From Camelus dromedarius (taxonomy: Eukaryota): a stretch of DNA of 64,000 nucleotides. The translations under genes were made by a program, and so were the position numbers. Under the pieces are notes generated by a model. That model ran no database searches and was not told the DNA's origin. It saw only the letters and a program-made list of their open reading frames with translations. Shown here in pieces: positions 56,292 through 64,000 of the stretch. Location of the stretch: positions 107,262,001 to 107,326,000 of the forward strand of contig NC_087436.1 in assembly GCF_036321535.1 (NCBI RefSeq), written 5' to 3'. Numbering within the stretch: the stretch's first letter is position 1; each line of letters begins with the position of its first letter.

Positions 56292-56712
56292 TGTGTTAGT
56301 CAGAGTACTCCAGAGAGACAGACCAGCAGGATGCAGTAGCCGGGGTGCAGGGGTAGAGAGAGACTGACTTTAAGGACCTGGTTCACGTGATTGTGGGGAT
56401 TAGGAAGTACTAAGTCTGCAGGGCAGGCTAGAGACCCAGGAGATAGCTGACGCTGCAGCTAAAGTCCAAAGGCAATCTGAAGGCAGAGCTTCTTCTTCAG
56501 GGAAACCTCAGTCTTTTCTCTTAATTCCTTCAACTGATTGGATGAGGCCCATCCACACATTATGGAGGGTAATCTGCTTTACTCAAAGTCTCCCGGTTTA
56601 AATGTTTATTATAACTGACAAAATACCTGCACGGCAACATCTGGATTGGTGTTTTATCAAACATCTGGCCACTGTAACCTAGCGAAGTTGACACATAAAA
56701 TTAACCATCATA
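56292..56712. mobile_element. MLT2-like (ERVL) solo LTR
   Basis: tgtgttagtcagagtactccagagagacagacc…aagttgacacataaaattaaccatca. Confidence 0.88.
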
Positions 56713-56715
56713 CTA

Positions 56716-57015
56716 GTTATGGACTAGATTTCAAACCACCACTACCCACCCCCGCAATTCATATGTTAAAGCTTTAACCTCCAGTGTGACTGTATTTGGA
56801 CATAGGGCTTTAAGGAGGTAATTAAGGTAAAATGGGGTCATGAGGATAGGGCCCTAATCTCATTAAACTTATAAAAGGAGGAAGAGATACCAGAGAGCTC
56901 TCTCTTTCTTCCCCATGTGCACAGAGGAAAGACCATGTGAGGACAGCAAGAAGGCAAATATGTGAGCCAAGGTGAGAGGCCTCACCACAAACCAACCTGC
57001 TGGTACCTTGATCTG
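56716..57015 (+). mobile_element. MLT1A-like LTR fragment
   Basis: aattcatatgttaaagctttaacctccagtgtgactgtatttgga…taaggaggtaattaagg. Confidence 0.85.
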
Positions 57016-57249
57016 CGTGGGGGCCAGGCCAGGCCAAACACAGCTCAGAGGTTCTCACCTGGGTCTTCCCTCTGCCTGGGAGCTTCTCCCACATCTGCAC
57101 TGTCTCCACTCTCATCTCCTCCAAGCCAATCCTCAAAAGACTCCTGCTCAGTGAGACGTGTGCTGCAGTCAGCCCTTGACCACCACCTGCTACCCTCTGC
57201 TCCCAGCATCTCTGGTCCCCCTGCTCCTGATTTACCTCTTCAGTCCCCT

Positions 57250-57430
57250 CAGGAACCCCATGAAGTATGGGCTATTATTACCCCCATTTTACAGATGAAG
57301 AAACTGAGGAAGAGATGGCTTCATTATCTTGCCTTTGCCCATGATCTTTTAACTGGAGAGACCAGAATCTGAAGCTAGGCAGAATTCCTCTCATCCCACA
57401 CCTTTAATCACTCAGTTAGACTGTCTCTAC
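57250..57430. mobile_element. MIR
   Basis: cccattttacagatgaagaaactgagg. Confidence 0.8.
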
Positions 57431-59916
57431 TGTTTCGGGGGGAGAGGGGAGGAGAGAAGGAAATGCCATTTTTTTCCCATCTTTACTGAGATATAATTAA
57501 CGTGTAACACTGTGTAACTTTCAGATGTACAATGTACTGCTTTGATGTGTGTATATATTACAAAACGATCACCACAGGAAGTGCTGCTTTCTGAGAGAGC
57601 TATGCGTCAGGCCCAGCCTGCACCCCTCCACACAAGTACACATCTTTTGTACACTGTTTCATTTAATTGCCAAACAATTCTGTGAAGTCAACATGGTTCC
57701 CGTCATATCTAAGTGGGGACGGCTTTTTAGGAGAGATTGGGTAACACAGCAAGTAAGAGAATTGTAATATACTCTCCAAAATCTATATCTCCACCACCCT
57801 ATGCTATTGCTAACTGTCTGACTGTGCATAATATAGGCATTAAATAAATCTAAACCTAGCGGGGATTTAAAGGTAAGATTGCTGTAATGTTTAGGGCCTT
57901 CTCAAAGGCACAAATTAGTAGAGTTTGGGTGCATACTTGCATATAGGCTCTGATGGACATACACTATATAGGACTCACTCCTTTTGGTCATGGCTAATCT
58001 TATATATGGCCTACGTATTATGAGCTGAGGGATGCTATAAACTTTGTTATAATGCATGTAATTTCATCATTAAAAATGAATTCTTTTCAGTCATGACTTT
58101 GCTATATTCCACTAAACATTTTGAAATTGCAACAGAGAATCTTCTAGAATTCTTCCTTTTGAGACTGCCAAAGATCTAGACCTATACCATAAAAGATCTA
58201 GACTTAAGTATTTAAAAGTCTAAAGACATACTGGCTTAAGGTAAGGTTTGATTCAGCAGCTCAGATGATCTGACCAAGGACCCAGGTTCTCTCCATCTGT
58301 CTGTTCTGACTTGCATGATATTTGCTTCAGTTTCTGGATTCCCAAGGTGCCCCCAAAGCTCCAGGCTCTCCTCTTGGGAGTGGAACACAGTGGCCAGAAT
58401 TTCAGACGTTCTTTTCTCACACTACAAAAGAAAGACCAAGTGTCTCCTTTAATGGCTCCAGTGGGAGGGACAGAAATCATCTTTGCAGAAACACCCGCAG
58501 ACATCTTCTTTCATCTCTTTATCTCTGTTTGGGTGACATCCCTTTCCATACACCAGTCAGGCTGTCTCAGGATGGGAGTCTATTACTGACCTGAATTAAT
58601 TAGAGCTCTCCTCTGAAGCTAGGGTGGAGCCATTCTTGCCAAAATTAAATGGCTGAAATGGGGACCAAATGCTCAGAGGAAACGTGAGACAATGTCAGAA
58701 GAGGTAACATATGTCCACAAGGAAAAAGTAAGTTCTAAAACCATTTTAGGTTTTTAATACTTTATCAGGATATTGGTATATTCATTTGTTGCCAATCATG
58801 GCACCTCCCCGGTACAAGGAAATGAGAAGAGTGTGCAGGAGATGTCAGTTCATGTGGATGTTGGGACAGTGGGCACATTTCACCTCCTGCGGCAGGAAAT
58901 TGGTAGAGCAAGTAAATGCAAGAAGCAGGTCAAACCGTGAAGACGGAGCACCGTAGGTCAGCCGTGCACATCGGGAGTTGTGAGGCTGAACAGGAAGGCA
59001 GAAAGGTGCGCGAAAGAGGAGGAGATTTTGCCTACTCGACTATTTTGCCTTCTCTGAGAGGCATGAGCTATAGGACAGGCAGGCTACCAAACGAGAAGAG
59101 ATAGACTCTGCAAAAACAAGCACACATTACAGAAATTCTCAGATGGGATAATCCTCCTGAGAATTTTGTTATGTCCTAGCTAATTAGCCAAGTAGATAAT
59201 TCATTTTACTCTTGAGAATCCAGTTTTCCCTGAGGGGGGACAATAGTCAAGGTCTGCAAAAAGAGAGCCCCATACTACTGAAAGTGTTACTAAATACCAA
59301 ATGTTCATCCTCCAGGGCTGGAGCCCAGCAAGGACAAAGCAAAGACAAATTATCTGGCTTTGGGAGCAGCCCACTCCCCTCATTCTTCCTTCCACCCACT
59401 TCCATCTAATTTTCCTGTTCCCTCCCCTTGCATTTAAGCCTAGAGATATCTCATACTGTGGGAATGCAGACCCTGGAGAGAATTCCTTTTGTTACTGCCA
59501 AAATTTACATTAGGGAGAGTCACACAGTATAATGTGGGCAGCACACAGGGGGAACAAAAGGCACACCCAGTGCTCAATGTGTTACAAAAGCATCACTGTA
59601 TAAAAAAAGGAAGAGCAGACAGTGCAGAAATCCTCTTCATCTACACAGGTTCCCCCAGTTCAGAAAAGGGCTGACCAAAGCCATAGTGAAGACAGAATGG
59701 AGCAAGAGAAAGGAGAAGTCCAGTGATGAAAACATAGAAAATTAAGCAGAATTAGTCAATGTGTATCCACCATATCCAAGTATCAGTGCCCTGAGGACCA
59801 AATACAATTTTTTGTGCCCCCATGTAGGAATACCATTACAATACAGGTGGGTGTGTCAGGCGAAAAGGTGATGACGCCATTAGTCCTTGCCAGGCAATGA
59901 CCATTTAGCCACTTTT

Positions 59917-60599
59917 TTTAAAAAATTGACATATGATTGATTTTAAGTGTTGCTTCTTGTGTACAGCATAGTGATTTAGTTATACATGTATCTGTATGTA
60001 TTTTTTTCATATTCTTTTTCATTTTTGGTTATTACAAGATATTGAATGTAGTTCCTTGTGCTATACAGTAGGTCCTTGTTGTTTATCTATTTTATATATA
60101 GTAGTTTCTATACGATAATCCCCAAACTCCTGACTTATCCCCCACCTTCCCTCTCTGGTAACCATAAATTTGTGTTCTATGTCTGTGACTCTATTTCTGT
60201 TTTTAAATAAGTTAACTTGTTTCTTTTCTTTAGATTCCACATATAAGTGATATCATGTGGTATTTGTCTTTCTCTGTCTGACTTACTTCACTTAGTATGA
60301 TAGATCTCTAGGTCCATCCACATTGCTGCAAATGGCATTATTTCATTCTTTTTGTGGCTAAGTAGTATTCCATTGTATAAATATACCACAACTTCTTTAT
60401 CCAGTCATCCATTGATGGACATTTAGATTGCTTCCATGTCCTGGCTATTGTAAATAGTGCTGCTATGAACACTGGGGTGCATGAATCTTTTCAAATCAGA
60501 GAGTTCTCTGGATATACGCCCAGGTGTGGGATTGCTGGATCATACAGTAAGTCTATTTTCAGTTTTTTAAGGAATCTCCATATTGTCCTCCATAGTGGC
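59917..60599 (-). mobile_element. 5'-truncated L1 3' end with a perfect 12-bp TSD
   Basis: TSD ttagccactttt at 59905-59916 and 60600-60611, around L1 ORF2-end and 3' UTR sequence. Confidence 0.93.
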
Positions 60600-62329
60600 T
60601 TAGCCACTTTTAAACTTTTCCTATGTTTCACTTATAGCTGTCTTCTAGAAAGTGAATGTGTTGACTAATTGACACAAATATTGCATGTCCCTAACACTTA
60701 TATTTCAAGTAATAAATTAATAAATTGACATTTTGGTTTATATATCCATGTCTTACAAGTTGTTACATGTGAGTCTATTCCATGAGAAACTGATACACTC
60801 TGGAAATGCTGACAACACTTAAGTTTCTGAACAAGCAAAGCTGAAGAGCATGGCTATTCTGTTCTCTAAAGGGCCTTGCTCAACTGTCTGGCTGGGCTCC
60901 CTAGATCTTATTCCTTTTGTTCATACCCTTCAAACTACAAAGTCAACTTCATGGCAAAGGACTCGCCTCCACTTTAATTAGAAATATAAGACAGAGTTTT
61001 GTAGGCTGAAATTTTGTGGCCAGCTTATTCAAAGCAGCCAAAAGGCGAAACACGATACAGAATTTAAGAGCCGTAGGTGAGTCCTCATTTCACAAGTAAT
61101 GACAAATCTCAAAGAAGTCAAATGACTTGTTTATGGTCACACATTTTTGGCAAAAACAGAACCCAGGATTCTTGGTTTAAGTCTCAGATTCTTTCCATGG
61201 CAGCACAAAGATCAGAGACCATCAAAGTTACCACCGTATCCACAAAAAGCCATGTTTCTACATCTTTTGCATTCATAGTTATTTTTAAGTGAATTAATTT
61301 TGAAAGTATAGCCAATTCCAGTCTATGCCCTCAGTGTAGAAATTTTATTGCGTTTCAAAGGTGAAATGCTCTAACTAGTTTGTAACTAAATTATAATTCC
61401 CTTATGTCCTCCATTTCCTTACTATCATGATCCTAAGATTTCATGTAAAATGTCAATGCAGATCAAGTGAAATATTAATCTCAATAAGCTGTCAGCTTCA
61501 AGTGTGTTCTAATTCTTACATACCACACAGTAAGGTACTGATAAACTCACAGGCTGTCAAGTGTTATTTATCTGGAAGAACTAGCATGCATCCTTCTATT
61601 GAGTAAAGAAAATAATGCTGCTCACAGTATTTTCTTTTTTGTCCTGGCTGTTGGGTGACTGAGCAGTAAACACAGTGCTCGATTGCAAGAACTGTGCTAG
61701 GCTAGTGTTTTGGTAGATTCATGCCTTTCACTCTAAGCCAGCTATGCTGGGCTCGAGCCACATTCAGGCAGGGCTGCCCCAGGAGAAACTATGTAGTGGT
61801 CATGAAAAGTGGACAGTCTAGTGATGGGTTGCCTATGTTGCAGGATGAGCTAACTAAATAAAAATTTAGCAAAATGAAAAAAAAACAAACAGGGTATTAG
61901 GACAAATAGTGTATCACACTGGGGAGAGAAAATGCAGACAATAAAACAGGAGTGAAACACATGTTGGCTAGAGATCATGAAATCTAGAGCAGAAAAGAAC
62001 TGGTCAGGGCGAAACTCCTGTGAATTCAGCACAAGCCCTCTGCCATCTTCCTTGTGATTATACTGACTGGCTTCCCAGGCCAACTTAGATTCCTAAAGGG
62101 TAATTTTTCTTAAGTTTTGCATTTTTGTCACTAATGTAACTGTGTATGTTAATTTTGTTTTAAGCCCCATCTATTCCTATATGAAAGCAAGTAGCCCAAG
62201 TATAAAATACCCATTTAAAAAATGCATGACGGTTGTAGGAGGTAACTGGTAATGCACAAACTATATGTGGATGGATTAGCAACCATCTTGCTTTAAAAAT
62301 ATGACTCTGATCCTAACTCTGGAAAGTCA

Positions 62330-62679
62330 TGGGTCTGGAGTGTTGAGAAACAGCAAGAATGAAAATGTGGCTGGAGGGGAGTGAGGCAGAGGGAGTAACA
62401 GGATATGAGGTCCAAGAGTCTGAGTAAGAAGGGGACTGTGTAGGACCCTGTCAATCGGTTAAGGATTTGCACTGTTACTCGGTGTGATGTGGAAAGCCAC
62501 TGAAGAGCTCTAAGCAGAATATTTATATGATCTGACTTATCCTTTTAAAGGATAACTCTGGCTTCTGTAAGACGGAGAAATGAAAAACTAGTTAAGAGCC
62601 TGGCCCATTAATTGGTCCAGGCAAAGATGATGATGGCTTAAACCTAGGTGTTTGCAGATTTATTGGCTGAGAGGGCACC

Positions 62680-62716
<37 letters not shown>

Positions 62717-63130
62717 CAAAAATGACTCCATGATTTTGGGCTGAAGTCATCGGAAGCTGGGAGTTACCAATGAATGAGATGCTGTGCCAAGATAGCAGGC
62801 ATGCGGAGATGAACAAGACACAGTGGCCCTGAGAACCTACAGTCTAAACGAGGAGATGGACAAGAAAACAGATGTCAGTTAAAGCAAGTTCCTTTTCTTC
62901 GACACTTACTTTGTACCAGGCACTGAACTAAACATTCTACAAATATGACATAACTCAATCCTTATAATGGCCTCATGTGGTTGATACAATTAGCCCTGTT
63001 TTTAGATGAGCAAACTGAAGCTCAGCAGATTGAGATGACTTGCCAAAGGCCTAAGAGCAGAAAGATGGAGAACTGGCTTGAACCCGTACCTGCCTGACCT
63101 CAAACTTATCCTCTGAACTTCTGTACTTGA
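62330..63130. mobile_element. L2 relic with a (GA)n tract (about 62684-62711), followed by a MIR
   Basis: ggaaagccactgaagagctctaagcag…gataactctggct and tttagatgagcaaactgaagctcag. Confidence 0.7.
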
Positions 63131-64000
63131 GTCTAACTCTGGCTCATCTTAACCTGAGGAAATGACAGGGAAGCTACCTGAAGCAGGCCCACGAGGACAG
63201 GGAGCAGTTTCCCTATGACAGAATGATTGCACGAGCCCTTCTAATCCACAAAACAAGAAGGATGGACTTGACGATTTCCATGGTTCCTCTCAGTTCTAAA
63301 AGCCTATAATTTTAAAACATGGTGATGCTTCTTTTCACTGAAGTGAAAGTCATTTTTATTCCTTAAGATTGAATAGCATCTAACACAATTCTCTTATTTA
63401 TACAAAGCTATTCCAAGCCAGGCTGAATTGAGTCTCAAGCCTTATAGTTTGCCCATTTGGAAATAGAAAGACCATTAAGGGTGAAAGAATAGCAGAGAAC
63501 ACAGAAGGGTAAATGAGGAAAAGGACAATGTGCGTCAAGGAAATAAAGGTCTTGTCGTAAAATAAGGCAGGGAAATAAAAATGAGGTTTGGAAAATTATC
63601 ATTTTCCAGAAAACTGCAGAACTTTTACATCTTTGATACCGAGACATCTTGATGGTTGACTAAAAACTTCAATAACAACCGAAAAAAAAAGGATCTTGCA
63701 TGTTAACAGAAACTTTAATTTTCATAGTCTTTGTTGTTGCAAAGCCTGGTTTGTAATATCACACCTTCAATTTATCACAATAGCAAACTCATATGAACAT
63801 ACTTTCACCCGGAGAGGACACACATCATGCCCAGCTAGAAAAGGATAATGCAATATATTTGTGTCTGCCTTCGATATGGGATATGTCTGTGAGATTAAAG
63901 TGGAATTTGGCCTAGATTTAAGGAATCATAAAAACAACTTTGGGCTTAATGAGGATGTAACAAGCTGCGTGTTCTTCTTCATCATCATCACTGAGTTTAT

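Larger units (their letters stand above)
31724..64000 (-). other. GBA3: Part of the long last intron of GBA3
   Basis: The acceptor is at 31724. I found no sequence for the preceding exon (…YITENG…QELFK) in the window. The stretch is repeat-rich and non-coding. Confidence 0.75.

Noticed and set aside
58170..58203. Short direct repeats (aaagatctagac x2; also tctaattacttgttc x2 near 21520-21559)
   Set aside because: Two-copy local duplications only, not an array or CRISPR-like structure.

Overview
Mammalian, AT-rich, repeat-dense genomic DNA, most likely camelid (alpaca/camel), based on two tRNA-derived SINEs that resemble Vic-1 and on cetartiodactyl-type L1 3' ends. The only protein-coding sequence I can support is the intact terminal exon of GBA3 (cytosolic beta-glucosidase, glycoside hydrolase family 1) on the minus strand at 31521-31723. 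The ORF track misses this exon because its frame has no start codon. Its 3' UTR probably extends to about 30830. Positions 31724-64000 appear to be part of one long last intron (no upstream GBA3 exon was found), and 1-30800 is downstream intergenic DNA. The rest is L1, L2, MIR, MaLR/ERVL and hAT relics, microsatellites and a few unique blocks that may be regulatory. I see no evidence of a new multi-gene system. The best leads are a candidate cryptic GBA3 exon with an in-frame stop next to a (UG)21 tract, a three-segment L1 with an internal inversion inside one target-site duplication (TSD), a SINE-L1 composite sharing one TSD, and a poly(A)-only insertion. Repeat subfamily names come from recalled consensus resemblance, not from a database search, and most repeat boundaries are approximate.
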